From Gekko japonicus (taxonomy: Eukaryota), in NCBI RefSeq assembly GCF_001447785.1, contig NW_015171514.1:403639-467638 (forward strand): 64,000 nt of DNA, written 5' to 3'. The notes under the pieces were generated by a model, which did no database searches, had not been told where the DNA came from, and was given only the letters and a program-made list of their open reading frames with translations. Shown piece after piece: positions 23,802-36,995 of this stretch. Numbering within the stretch: position 1 is the first letter of the stretch; each line of letters opens with the position of its first letter. A program made the position numbers and the translations under genes.

Positions 23802-24869
23802 ATCAGAAGGGTGTTGTAAGGGTAGAATGGAGCAGGGGAGAAGTATGTATGCTGCCCTGAGCTCCTTGGAGGAAGAGAAGAACTTAACCTTTGATTTCAA
23901 CGGTGTACTGAAAGATCATACAGTTGCTCCTGACTGGGGTATGCATTCTGATATTCTTGCACTGAAACAACACCTGAAATTGCCTGTTTTGTTTCAGGTC
24001 AGGAATACTCAAAATAAACTAAAATACTCATGAAATTTTGGGAGCACTTTGACTTTGGGGGGAACAGCAGAAGTCAGAGTGATGTGGGAGGTGGAAGAGA
24101 GAAAGAGAGGACTCCAGCTGGGCTGTGGCCACCGTGACCCCTTTAAATACCTTTTTAAGTTCCTGGGTGGAAACCTAGCCTGTGGAGGCCAGGACTAGTG
24201 TTCATCCAAATCAGTTTGTGATAGACCTGGCCTCTGAGCCTGGACAGCAGGTCTACTGCCTGCTAGACTCTGCAATGGTAGGCCTGGCATCGAGAACCAG
24301 AGTCCAGGTCCACCCCCATCCCCATTTTCAAAGGGTGGTAGACCAGGCCTCCAAGGTGGGAGCCAGGTCTACAGCCCAGGAACCAAGTTTAAAGGGTGTT
24401 TAAAGGACTGTGGAAGAACTGGCATCACAACCCAACTTAGGTATGCTGTCTCTCTCCCTCCTTGAGCCACTCTTGCTGCCTCAGTTTTGTACAGGTACAA
24501 TTTTTGGTTGCCAGTATGCTCAAACCTGAGAAATCTTCCTGAAACTGATTTCCAAAATGGTATCAATGCTCTTGAAATGTTAAGATAACAAAAAAGGCCT
24601 TTCCCATAATCCCAAAATGAAATTAAAATGAACGTTTTCGAAGTACACACATATACTTCAGATTGGCCCTCTGGCGCAGCCTTTTTTTTGCTTGTTTAGC
24701 AATTGGACTAGTGGCCAGGAAGTGACAGAGAAGGAAGAATGGATGGTCCATGAATAAAGTGGACCTGAGGCACTACATAGTAAAACATTGAAGGAAAAGT
24801 CCAGTTTTTCGGGTTGCAGCCTGGCAATTCCAGAAGTACAGCTGCCTTTTGCATTTTTCTACTTCAAAT

Positions 24870-25152
24870 AAGAACATAAGAGACGCCAATGTTGGATCAG
24901 GCCAAAGGCCCATCCAGCCTAACACTCTGTATCGCACAGTGGCCAGAAATACCAGTGCCATCAGGAGGTCCACCAGTGGGGCCAGGACATTAGAAGCCCT
25001 CCCACTGTTGACCCCCAAACACCAAGAAGACAGAGCATCACTTGCCCCAGAGCCCCTATCTATACCTTGTGGCTAATAGCCACTGATGGACCTCTGCTCC
25101 ATATGCTTATCTAATTCCATTTTGAAGCCGTCCATGCTTGTACCCGCTTCAA
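24870..25152 (-). mobile_element. CR1 LINE 3' fragment
   Basis: AAGAACATAAGA tail; flanked by TCTACTTCAAAT at 24858-24869 and 25153-25164. Confidence 0.82.
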
Positions 25153-27643
25153 TCTACTTCAAATCACCTTTTTTTCTACAAAATAACCCCTGCTAAACAT
25201 TGAAGGAAAAGTCCAGTTTTTCGGGTTACAGCCTGGCAATTCCAGAAGTACAGCTGCCTCCTGTTTATCTACCTTTTGCATTTTTCTACTTCAAATCCTT
25301 TTTTTCCCTTTAGCACTTCCGTAACACTTCTTAAATTTCAACGCACTTTACATTCTTTGTTGTGTTGGACCTCACAATTACCCTGCAAGTTACATCACTG
25401 TTTGCATTTCAAGCATGTGAAGCCTCTGGGTAAGGCCAGCTCTCAAAACACAGAGACACATGGGTTTCTAATTTTCTGATATGTAGGCATCGTGGATAAT
25501 GAGTTTCAGTAATCTGTGAGACTGGGGAGGGAGTATTGTTTGTTTGTTCCTGTAAACTTCAACCTGGACCCTGCTTACTATGAGCTTATGTCCATATGCT
25601 CCAGGACAGTGAAAAGGAAGTTATCGTATACTTCTTAATGTGCCCCCCTTCTGCCACTTTATTGAGGAAAATGCTCCAAATCAACCTTTCAGTGTGGGGT
25701 GAGTTAGAAGAATATCCCAAGAATCTAGTTTTTAGTCATGTTTCTGAAATTCTCCCCATTTGAAGTCCTAAATTTTGGGGGGGATCTGAATTACCTAACT
25801 TTGTTCCAAAGCAGAACCAAGAATTTGCCACTGCTGTTAAAAAAAATTGTTTCAAAATTTTTCTCACCCTCTCCACATTGCTCTTGTGGACATGACCACA
25901 ACAGCAATCTAGATGAGATTTTGCATGCAGTTGCATCACAGTTCTTTTAATGCAGTGTTTTACTTGTGCATGAGTGTGTTCCTGCACACTGGCAAAACAA
26001 AACATCGCACAAAAACAATTGTGATGTAATCATGTGGACATAATACTTTTTTTGTACACATTTTCTTTAGTCATGTAAAGGGGAAGGAGCGGGAGAAGCA
26101 TTGAAGGAGCTAAGTTCCAATTCTAGAATTAATCTCAGCAGTTTCCCTGATTCAGCCAGAATTCAGGTGGAAAGAAGCACAAAGCACAACCAGCAAAGAA
26201 ACATAACTCACAAAATCTGTCCTGCCCTACAAGTTATCAACACTGATAACTGAATAGTCTTCTTTAGTGTCCCCTGATTGCTCAGCCAACAGCTGTGATT
26301 GTGGCAATCCCCATAAAAGGCAAATTGCGACTTGCTCCTTATGTACGTGAACACAGCCAGGGAAGTAAGTCATGTGAGCTGCCTATTAGTTGTGGCTCGC
26401 ATCTAGCACACAAGCATACAGAATGTTTTCCATACAGCCATCTGGTGTGTTGCTTTGTGACTAATTCAAAGGAGGTGGATGACATCATGGGACTAGGAAA
26501 TGTACTTGCTGTTACTGATCCTCGGGAATACCCGGCCCTTTGTTGCATCTGATCTTCACTTGCATTCTCCAGGCTCCTTATACATTTCTGGCAAGAATCA
26601 CAGTGCACACTGAAAAGAAAGTTTTGGGTGTGTTTTTTGCACAGAAAGAAAATAAATAGAAACTGTACATAATTAGGGACAGCTGGTTGAACGTAAATAC
26701 AGTGCAGGCGTATAAATTTAGGTGAGAAATAAAGTTGGAATGATACTCAACTCGTAGCGTGAGACAACAAATTTTGAGTCAAGTGGTAGAATGAGAGGTA
26801 AGGCAGGAGACTGTTGTATGAGGAGTTGTGGAATATTATTTCAAATGTCTGTTCAGTAGGATGTAATGGCTTCAGTTTACCCGTGAGGGATTCTGTCTGC
26901 ACATGGAACACCCCATGCATGCATCAACAGACTTGGTTTTCTTCTGTGGGTAGGGAATATTCTTCTTGTGCAAGTATGCAGCTGTTCTCAAGAATGGAGT
27001 GGGAGAGAACAGGAGTCCTCAATGCTCTAAATGCTCATGGATGCCACATAAAATGGTGGCACCTCACGAGTAACTCCCTGCCTGTAAAGCTTACACATTA
27101 GATTATCTTGGAGGTCCCTTCCAACTCTACGATTCGATGTCAATTCTATGTAAATAGTTCCTGATCACATTCTTTTTCTCTGGTGGTTCCCACATTGTGG
27201 AACAGTCTGCCTGAGGGGATCAGGAAGGTTCCCCTAGTACTGTCATTCCACAAAATGTGCAGAACAGAAATGTTCAGAATGGTGTTCTTGTAATTGAATT
27301 TTTTTGTAGTGGGACAGAATGGTCCAGAAAGGACATATCAGTTAAAGATTCCCCAGTAATGTGATTTTGGCCCTATGAGACAAAGACCTTGGAAACATGT
27401 GTGGGGACTGTAAACTACGGAGGCCTGGCAGGAGCATAAATGGGGAAGGGGGCTCCAAGGCAGAGCACCTGCTTTATATGCAGAAGGGCCCATGATCAAT
27501 CCCAGGCATCTAGGCCTCCCTGTTTACCTTTCTCTGGAAGGAATTTACCTACTGCACCCCCAATTTCTCATGCCTGAGGAAGTGAGGAATGGGAGAAAAA
27601 ATGGACTTGACATAGTGATTCTGTAGGGGAGGCAGCTTACAAC

Positions 27644-27852
27644 CAGTGTTTCCTCTAAGCCGAGTTAGTGTGAGCTAGCTCACAGTTTTTTAGCCTCCAG
27701 CTCCAGCTCACACATTTTTGTCTTAGCTCAGGAAGGATGGCTCCAGAGCAAACTAATATATGCAGTAGCCACATCACCTGCTCATAACTTTAATGCCAGT
27801 AGCTCACAAAGAATTTTTGCTCACAGAACTGCATAGCTTAGAGGGACCATTG
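27644..27852. mobile_element. hAT MITE
   Basis: TIRs CAGTGTTTCCTCTAAG / CTTAGAGGGACCATTG; TSD CTTACAAC / CTTACAGC. Confidence 0.85.
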
Positions 27853-28049
27853 CTTACAGCATAATTGGAAGAAAGTTCACATCCTCTCCAAACTCTGCCC
27901 TCTTCAGGCACTGCCCCAAAACCTCCTGGCATTTGTGGGAGCAGTGCTGGGAATCCTACAAACATTTCTAGTTAAAGGATTTCTGGCAGCAGATGTTGCC
28001 AAAGATCTTTCTTTGCCTGAGAATCCTGGGAAGATAGATGGAGTGGTAT

Positions 28050-28381
28050 TAGGGTTGCCAAGTTGATTTTCCCTACCGGCGGGGGAACCTCGCTGGGCTC
28101 CGGGAACTCTCCATTAGGCGCGCCCTCCAGCACATCACCAGAAGTGACGCGCGATGTTGAACACATTGAGGGCATGGCCCCGATCGTGGAAGGAAAACCA
28201 TAGAGTTTTCCCTCTGACGATCGGGGCCACGCCCCCAACGTGATCAACGTGGTTGCATCACCTCCGGTGACGCAGCCATGCTGCGCTTCGGGGGGCGGAG
28301 GTCCCCCCGGGGCCTGATTCCGCAGCGGCGGAAATCGGGCCTCCGAAGCAGGGGTTTACCTGCCCCCACTTGGCAGCCCTA
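28050..28381. mobile_element. CpG-rich hAT MITE with internal hairpin (relative of 3012-3350)
   Basis: TIRs TAGGGTTGCCAAGT / ACTTGGCAGCCCTA; perfect 8-bp TSD AGTGGTAT. Confidence 0.9.
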
Positions 28382-28858
28382 AGTGGTATCAAACTGCTTA
28401 TGTTAATAGGACTGCTGGGACTAAACTATGCGTGGGTTCCTGTGCCATTTTAGCAGTAGATTTTGAGCCCAGTGGCACCTTTTAAGTCCAACAAAGGTTT
28501 ATTTAAGGTATGAGCTTTTGTGTGTATGCATACTTCTTCAGATACATTGAAATGGAAGTTAACAGTTCATATATATATAGAGGCAAATGCCTCTACATAG
28601 GTGAATAGCGAAGGGAAGAACTGTGTTGTAAGCTATTTTTGCTCTCCACTAGGGAAAAAAGTGGGTTATAAATAGCTAAATCAATAAGTTCACAAAACGC
28701 TGATGGTGAATGCTCTTATAATTTGGACTATCTTTTTAGATTGGTGCCATTGGGTTTTATGGGCCTTCTGGATTTTAATATTCTGTTCCAGATAAGAAGC
28801 AACTTCTTAAAAAAAATTAATGGTATAATCTTTTAAATTGCCATTTTGTTTTCTCTAG

Positions 28859-28981
28859 ATTTTTACAGCATTGCCTCCCTTTACCTTGGGAATTTTTGAA
28901 CGGTCCTGCACTCAAGACAGCATGCTTATGTTTCCTCAGCTCTACAAAATTACTCAAAATGCTGATGGGTTCAATAGCAGG
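28859..28981 (+). CDS. ATP8A2: ATP8A2 coding exon, [41 protein letters not shown]
   Basis: ttctctag| acceptor and |gtaaga donor; 123 nt, phase 0/0; overlaps the ORF-track entry 28871..29053. Confidence 0.96.
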
Positions 28982-31126
28982 GTAAGAGGTGATATTTACT
29001 TGGGGTGGGGGGGAGGAAAAAACAAGTTTATTATTTCAGCTTTGCACTGTTAAACATGATTAGTTCTTAATATGCAAGAGTATAAATTCACAGTTTTCTG
29101 TCTTAATTTTCTCATTTTTTGCAGTTTTTAATGTATAGTCATTAATCATTCCACTAATCGTCATATTATTGCTGTGCAGGAGCTTAACATTAATGTAATT
29201 TTAATTTTACATAGTAAAAAAAAATAAAGTGACTGGTCAAAGCTGGAAAAAAGTCATATTTAAAGCAGAGGGAAGCTTGGAGACTATTTAAAACTACAAT
29301 CCTAGAAGCTCAGAAAAAATATATACCGCAGGTTAGGAAAGGTACAAATAGGTATAGAGAAAGGGATGCATGGTTAACAAAGAAAGTAATGGAAGCTGGA
29401 AAAGGTAAGAGAAGCTAAGGCATGGTAAACCCTGAATGTTGACTTATAACAGCTGGTTCATACAACACACTGAGCCTTTAGCAGCCTTACGGTATCAGCT
29501 TGAGATTATGTGCCCAAAGCTGTTCCCTGCTGGAGCTCAGTGTGTCCAAGTGGCATGCATCCGGCTGGCTCAGTGAGCCAATGTTTGTATGGGCTGACTT
29601 AGAAAATGCACCTACCATGAGTGAAACAGGTCTTGTGAGATGGCCTTTAATAAAAGCCTGAATGAGAATATTGGCTGTAGAATTCATTAATATTTAAGGG
29701 AACTTGTTTCCTAAATCTGCATATGAATTTGTCATCCTCACAATATGTGTCCTATGTGGCGTCTTCTGAGACCTTGGAGGGGCTTCGACTGATTTTTGTG
29801 TTTTATAATGAAACGTTCCCATACTTCTACCTGCTGGCCTTTTTTGAACCCCCCCCCCCCCAAGATTTTTGTGAAAATATTGAGATGACTTTATTGTTCC
29901 TGTCAGGGTGCTGGTTTAAAAAGATGTTTCGGTGAGATATGCAGGTAAAATTACACTGATGTATTTTCTTTTCATATTTTGGAGAATTCCCTTCGCTCTC
30001 AACTCCCTTGTTTTATTAACCTATTCATACTAACAAAGCTTCAGAACTATGAGTTTTATTTTTAAAACAAAAATATGTACTGTTCATACAAAGAAAAGCT
30101 CTGAAGTTTTGGCCATCTGTCTAAGATTTCAAGGGATAGACGTTACAGTTTCAAGTAGGCGTTTATAAAACACAGAAAGTCCAAACTAAGGTTAATTTGT
30201 TTCTTTCTCCTTCTCATCTTGTCTTAATTTTCCTCAAGATGATTAGAAAAGATAATAAAGGGGCCTATTGTATCCCTATATTTTACTGAATATTTGAGTT
30301 AACAACTATCATTTAGAAGCTGCCATGATAGAATGTACAGTCAAGAAACTGTTGTCTTCTGCAGTGGAATCAGAAGGAGTGAACAGCTAATAAAGGCAGA
30401 ACGTCCTAGAAACATTTAAGAAACTGGACGATTGCTTTATGGCCTCAATACATTTTATAACAAAATGTGGGTGACCCATGATCACTAAACAAAGAGAGCT
30501 TTTAGACCTATGACTTCCTTGGAGGAACCATCTGAAAATGTGGCACTACAGGAACAAAAAACCTGCTCATATTTGAGCAGAGAAAGCTGCAAAGGCAAGG
30601 AAGGGGGTTTTACTTACCCAAGGTGATGTTGCCCCCCCACCTCCCCATATAGAAATTCAATTCCAGAAGTGGGAATAAAGGATAATCTGCTGGAGTCTTT
30701 GGGTTGGATCCAGACAAATATTTACATAGGCACATGGACTTCTGCCTGTAGACCATTATTTTCCCCCCTTCCGTGGTAACCTCAAATGCCCTCTGAAATC
30801 AGGATATTCTGGATCCAAGCTCCTGGATCTCCTCCTCAAAGCACATAAAACAGATTAGACTGAGAAGTTATCCTCCACACGTGTTGGATGTGAAATATTT
30901 GTTTTATTGTATTTTTATAGGTATAGGAAGAGGGCACTTCATTTCAGTTTGGCCATTTTAATGGTTTAATTGTAGTTGTTGATATATTAAGCCATAAAAT
31001 AACCTTTCTCATTAAAAACAAAGTGTGTTTGGGGAAGAGAGAACTACTTTATAATGAATCGTTTGATGGGAGTTAAACAACATTTGAGAGTTTGGCCTGA
31101 TTTTTTTTGGTTTGGTTTTCTCTTAG

Positions 31127-31205
31127 GTTTTCTGGGGTCACTGCATCAATGCCTTGATCCACTCCATCATTCTCTTTTGGCTTCCACTGAAAGCACTGGA
31201 ACATG
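31127..31205 (+). CDS. ATP8A2: ATP8A2 coding exon, [26 protein letters not shown](D)
   Basis: tcttag| acceptor and |gtaaat donor; 79 nt, ends in phase 1. Confidence 0.95.
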
Positions 31206-32850
31206 GTAAATGCTTTATCCTTTTTCAAATGTAAGCCCAGTACTGTTCAGTCTTTCTAACTCAGCTTCAGTGTGTTTTTAGGTCACAGCAGGTTTTTGGG
31301 AAATTAATCACAAGAGACAAGCCCACAGTTTCTAGGCTCCCAAAAGTTGTCAACGGTGACCTCCCAGATCCTCCCTTTTGCATGCAGGTCTTCCATAAAC
31401 AGCAATTTCCATCCTTCATGTGTAATGGTGGAGAGGTTACAGGCAACTCCAGCAACTTCAGCATCAATTTACAGAACTCCCCACCATCACAACCGCCTGT
31501 GATCACATGAACTTTTGGCAGTGTATTGGCTTTCTTTGTGATAGTTTTATACTAGAGGCAGATAGCCAGTAATAAGAGGAATGTGAAGAGGCCATGACCA
31601 TATAAATGGGGCTCTATAAAAACATCCATAATTATAGCATTATTTTTAGTTCACATAAATGAGTTCTCTGCATGCCCGTTACTGTATGAAAGAGCCCTGT
31701 TCAATGTACCATTAAATACCTATTGGTAGTGATAACTGAAAGCGATGCTGCTTATGTGCTCCTGATTATCAGCTAATGGTATAAAATAATGTTCTGCAAT
31801 TTGCTTTCAGGCTGCTGCCAGAGCATCTGCCTTTTAAAAGTACATCCTGATTTAAATATGATGTAGGCGAGGCAAAAGAACTTACTTGCATGGCTTTGTT
31901 TTGCTTGGGGTAGCAGCCCAATCGAAATAGGACCTGGGCATGTGCAAAGTTACACAGGTGAATTTCTTTGCCTCGCCAGCATTACAGCTGGATCAAAGGT
32001 CAGTCAGTGGCTATAAAGTCAACGGGTTGCAAATTTTGGCCTTAATGTTTTGACAATTAGAATAGCATAACAGAAAAAATTAAAAAACCAAAAAGGCTGC
32101 TGTTGAAGTAAAGCTGTTGATCATTAAGGTGCCTCAAGCCTCTTTTTTGGTGTTTTCTTCAGCAGTTTAAGAGAGCTTGAATTGTGAGGGGTCAATAAGC
32201 CCCTGAAGTCACTTGGTCGCCTTATGCATGCCCTTCCCTCTCAACCCCAGTCCTCCTTCTGCAGTGTGGATGTAGTAAAATTGACCTAGTTTGTTGTAAG
32301 GATTAAAACCAGGTAATGTATTTGAAGCATTTTGAAAAGACTTGGTTTTTTAACATGTGGTTTAAATACTATGTTGAAAAGACAAGTTAATTCATTAAAA
32401 CAAAAACAACTAGTGGCTTGCTGCCCGATGTTGCAGCAGGTTGTAGCCCTTTAGAATTCATTGTGGAGTTTCATATAGGAGCTGCGTGTTCTTTTTGTAG
32501 GAGCCCTTTTTTTTTTTACTTACAAGAAGATAAGCATGAATAAATGGCTACTTGAAGAATACCAAGGCTGACACTTTCATATATGTTATTTATTTATTTA
32601 TTTATTCGTTAAATTTATACCCCGCCCTCCCCCGTAGGGCTCAGGGCGGCTTACATGGCAAAAACTTGCTCATAAAAACATCAATACTTTAGTATATTTA
32701 AAAACATACTGTACAGATTTAAAACCCAATCAACTAGTAAAGTGCTCAAACTACACAGCGTCCATACCAAGATATCAGAGAGGACAAACCACACACCAAA
32801 CATCCCCTGGTAGGCATACATTACACAGGCATCATCAGTGCACTCTTAAG

Positions 32851-33782
32851 CAGGGATGTCAAACATGTAGCCTGGGGGCCGGATCAGGCCCCCGGAGGGC
32901 TTCTGTAAGGCCCACAGTGGAACTGGCTGTCTTCTGCTTCTTCTTCCAGTTCTGCTGCTGCTGTGTCATCGTAGGTTGGCAGCTTACAGATACACACCTG
33001 AGCAGCATACTCAAGATTGCAACAGCACAGACATTTTGATGCAATAATTCAGAGCAAGAGGTGTTATCAGACACTGTTAAATAAACAAAATATTGCAAGA
33101 GTGCTAATGTTTTAAGCATGTTTTTATTTTAAGTAAAAAAAACCTTTGTGTTTGCTTTCCTTTGGCTGCGGTCACACGGAGCATTAGGCACGCTAGAGAG
33201 ACGGAAGATAGGTGGATTTTCCAGGCTCACCGCCACATCTGGGAAGCATAGAGTTCCCGTGGCGATCCTGAAGCTTCCCGCCGAAGATGCGCGGTTAAAA
33301 ACTAGTACCTCAGAGGTACTAGTTTCCGGTAACCGCGGGGCAATGGCGGGCATCTGATCACATTTCTGGTGGTAGTTCCAGCGCCCGCCCATGCCCCCTT
33401 GTATAAAGGGGTTTTTTCCCCAACTGTCCATGGGATGTGCACAAGCACCCAACGGGGCATGCGCACACTTTGATGTCCGGAAAACAAAACATCCGTTTGC
33501 CACACCGCTTCTTTGCCGCGGCGCAGGATTGTGGTGTACTCGGCACCTCCCCCCCTCCACGGGACCTCCACGGTACGTCTGCTGGTGCAACCGTGCGTTA
33601 TTTTGCCCTGGGGCAAACAGCCACGCCTCCCCCCGCGATATCCGGCCCGTGTGACTGGGGCCTTTATAAAGTTTATATCTCCACTACCTGGCATTACATT
33701 TTATGACACACATGGTCCGGCCCAACAAGGTCTCATTTATGTCAGATCCGTCCCTCCATAACAAATGAGTTTGACACCCCTT
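32851..33782. mobile_element. hAT (Charlie-like) non-autonomous element containing a nested MITE
   Basis: TIRs CAGGGATGTCAAAC / GTTTGACACCCCT; TCTTAAG is duplicated at both flanks. Confidence 0.78.
33164..33662. mobile_element. CpG-rich PIF/Harbinger-like MITE
   Basis: TIRs GGCTGCGGTCACACG / CGTGTGACTGGGGCC; 3-bp TSD TTT. Confidence 0.8.
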
Positions 33783-34429
33783 TCTTAAGTATGATTACAC
33801 TCTTCTAAACCCATTGATTTCAGTGGATTTAGAAGCCTGCAGCTCTTGATTGCACTAATATTCAGCCTTCTATATTCTTATGGAGAGGAGAAAGAACGTT
33901 AGAAAGGTAAAATGCCAGTCACTGGATGCATTAACACCAACCAGCAGCTTTTAAGATGTTAGATATATGTACTAGATATATGATTTTGCTTCTTTTTAAA
34001 ATGTTTGGTTAAAAAACTTCCCTTTCACTTCAAGGGAATATCAAAAGAAAACATAGCGGGAATGTCTGTAGGTTTTTTCATCTCCTGTATATGATTTGAT
34101 TATTTGTGCTTGGCACAAATTCCCCCTTCTTCTCAAACAGCTCCTAATGGCCAAGTTGTGTGTGTGTGTGATTATGTACTTTTAAAACATTTAACGACTC
34201 CAGCACTGGCTAACACAATCACCACACTATTTGTTTCCAATACGCTGCTTTTGAAAATGTTTTGAGAAACCCAGTGTGAAAAATTCATTCTCTCTACAAA
34301 GAGAAATCCAGGAAACATGTTTCAAAAACACATCAGGCAGCTAGAGTGTACTCAGTCTGAATGCTTTTATTAATGGTTACTTTTCATTACATTTGCTGGA
34401 ATGATGTTCATAATCTACAACCAGTGAAA

Positions 34430-34734
34430 NNNNNNNNNNNNNNNNNNNNNNNNNNNNNNNNNNNNNNNNNNNNNNNNNNNNNNNNNNNNNNNNNNNNNNN
34501 NNNNNNNNNNNNNNNNNNNNNNNNNNNNNNNNNNNNNNNNNNNNNNNNNNNNNNNNNNNNNNNNNNNNNNNNNNNNNNNNNNNNNNNNNNNNNNNNNNNN
34601 NNNNNNNNNNNNNNNNNNNNNNNNNNNNNNNNNNNNNNNNNNNNNNNNNNNNNNNNNNNNNNNNNNNNNNNNNNNNNNNNNNNNNNNNNNNNNNNNNNNN
34701 NNNNNNNNNNNNNNNNNNNNNNNNNNNNNNNNNN
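34430..34734. other. Assembly gap (305 N); a second 10-N gap lies at 43528-43537
   Basis: Runs of N. Confidence 0.99.
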
Positions 34735-34897
34735 ATATACCGTTCTTCCGCTAGCCTTGTCTTTAACCCATTTCTTAACTCTTTTTAAACCCAGTGTCCT
34801 GTTTATCTTAAAATGTTTTGCTGAGCATGTTTTTAAATTGTTTGCATTTGTTTTTAATTGTTTATAATGCTTGCGAATTTTTGTTTAATTTTTTCAG

Positions 34898-34959
34898 ATG
34901 CAGTGTTTACAAATGGCCAGAGCGTAGATTATCTGTTTGTTGGGAACATCGTTTATACG
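34898..34959 (+). CDS. ATP8A2: ATP8A2 coding exon, (D)AVFTNGQSVDYLFVGNIVYT
   Basis: ttttcag| acceptor and |gtaagc donor; 62 nt; completes the split G|AT codon from the previous exon. Confidence 0.95.
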
Positions 34960-35214
34960 GTAAGCTATCAGAATGTTGGAACACTGGGCAGTTACCTGTT
35001 CTTAAATCTCAATGGTTTCAATTATATATGAAACATGAATTTTTATTTTTCGTGTGGTATGTGGTAGACTTGAGCTTGCTACCATGCTGTGGAAGGATGC
35101 ACCTGTTGGATTTCCACAAGCCATGTATTAAAACATAAAAGCTTCTGTCAATACAAACAGGTGATGACTCTAGGGAGGTCTTGTTCGGCTCTCCTATAAA
35201 TCATGGAATAGTCA

Positions 35215-36995
35215 TACCCCTTTGCCCCCCCAGCCAGAATAACGAGACAGACAACGGTTTGGAATAAAACAAGGGCCACTTTATTAACTATTTAACAGAA
35301 CATTGCAGCAATAACAACTAAGCAAGCATGAAACAGGCAAGGCAGGCGTCACTCCCTGACCAACCCCCTTGCCCTTGTAGGGCGGGTCACCCAGCTCTGA
35401 TCGTGAGCCAACTCTCTGGCTCGTGACCAGCAGCCCAGCAAACTGGTTGCCGTCTAGGAGCGCCTACCCCTGAAGCCTTCCAACCTGCAGGGAGGAGCCT
35501 GGCCTAAAGGGTTCCCAGTGGAGGTGATCACCATTCCCCACCCCGAACCCTGAAATCCGAAGGCAGTTCCTGATGACCCCCTGTTCCCTAATGGGATATG
35601 CCGTAAGGTGCTCACCAGTTCCGTTTTGCTTGCACAAACCTGCCACAGCCAAGGTCAAGCCTCTGCTTTGGCCTTTGCTCCCCACTCAGCATCCTAATGC
35701 CAGCCTAATACCTTGCTGCAAGTCCTGTAAAACTATCCCATTGCCCTTGTCATTCGAATGCACCCTGTTGTCTCTATACAGGTCTGGGAAAATGACCCAT
35801 ATATCGGGGTGCGGCAAAAACATACCCAACCCAGCATCCATGGCCTTTCTCAGCTGCCTGTTAACCTTGCGTCTGGTGTGGTAATACACCTGGGGTCCTC
35901 CATGTTTCGCTACACCTGGCGGTGCAGCATGGCTGACCATACTATCTTCATGCTGGGCCACCTTGCTCTTATCCCCGCAAGGTCTGCCTCAGCCTGCAAC
36001 ATAAGGGCCTTGCCCTTCAATAGACCCAGATCATTGCCCCCCAGGTGTATTACCCCCCCAGCCATTCCATTACTGCTCAAGAACTAAGGCCAATCTGAGA
36101 GCCACTGGGTGTCCTCTGGCCTGATGTGCTGCCCAGAAGACCATGCTGTGGCCCTTCATCTCGTTCCAAGGTCAGTTTCCACTCGTGCACCATGTCTAGG
36201 CCCTCATGGCAAAGCAGAATAGCCAACCAGACTATCTGCACTCCAGGCCACCTTGCTCTTATCATCGCAAGGTCAGTCTCGCTCAAAGCACAATGTCTGT
36301 GTCATTTGCGGCGAGTCAGAATAGCCAACCAGACTATCTGCACTCCAGGCCACCTTGCTCTTATCATCGCAAGGTCAGTCTCGCTCAAAGCACAATGTCT
36401 GTGTCATTTGCGGCGAGTCAGAATAGCCAACCAGACTATCTGCACTCTGGGCCATCTTGCTCTTATCATTGCAAGGACAGCCTCAGCTTGTCACCCCATG
36501 GCCTTGCCAGCCGGACCATTCGCACTCAGGGCCATCTCAGCTCGTAGCACCAGGTGCTTCAGGGCCAGGGTGTCCTCTTGACCTGGTGGGTGGCCAGAAG
36601 ACTGCGCTGTGGCCGCAGGCATCACTCATCATCTCGCCCCATGGCCAGCAGCACCTGAAATAAAAACCTCATTAAACTTCAAACTATTGCAATTCCATTC
36701 TTTGAACGCTAGGCGAAAGCCCCCACTAGGTCACTAATCCAACATGCCACCCCCACAGTGGATTGTAAAGACCAGACAAAGGTCCTGATCTGAAAGATTT
36801 CTCTGACACTACTGCCCGGCAAGGGAGTGCATAGCCCAGAGCAGCCGCAGTGGAAGCAGCACTAAACCAAGAAGATTGAGTTCCGTACTTCACCCTGTGA
36901 AAGGCCCAACTCAGCCAAAGCCCAGGTTCTAACCGCCATAAACTGGTACCTAATCAGCGGAGTTCCATCCGCCTACCTAAAGCAGTAACCGTCTT
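35215..36995 (-). mobile_element. Degenerate Ngaro-type (DIRS order) retrotransposon 3' part: tyrosine recombinase C-terminus plus SGNH hydrolase ORF(s)
   Basis: Minus strand ~36990-36820 reads DGTPLIRYQF..LAELGL..KYGTQSSWFSAASTAAALG, a decayed GTHSFRIGAAT box. ~36155-35686 reads GHSMVFWA..VIHLGGNDL..WPSMKIVWSAML..RRKVNRQL..HPDI..LYRDNRVH. AATAAA at 35285-35280. Confidence 0.78.
36215..36480. repeat. 102-bp tandem repeat, about 2.6 copies, inside the hydrolase region
   Basis: Units start at 36215, 36317 and 36419; visible as 34-aa repeats in ORF 36126..36581. Confidence 0.92.

Noticed and set aside
34361-34867. 168-aa ORF across the N gap, or a hidden exon in the gap
   Set aside because: An artefact of the Ns. 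The flanking exons already join in phase (EH-D-AVF), so no exon is needed.
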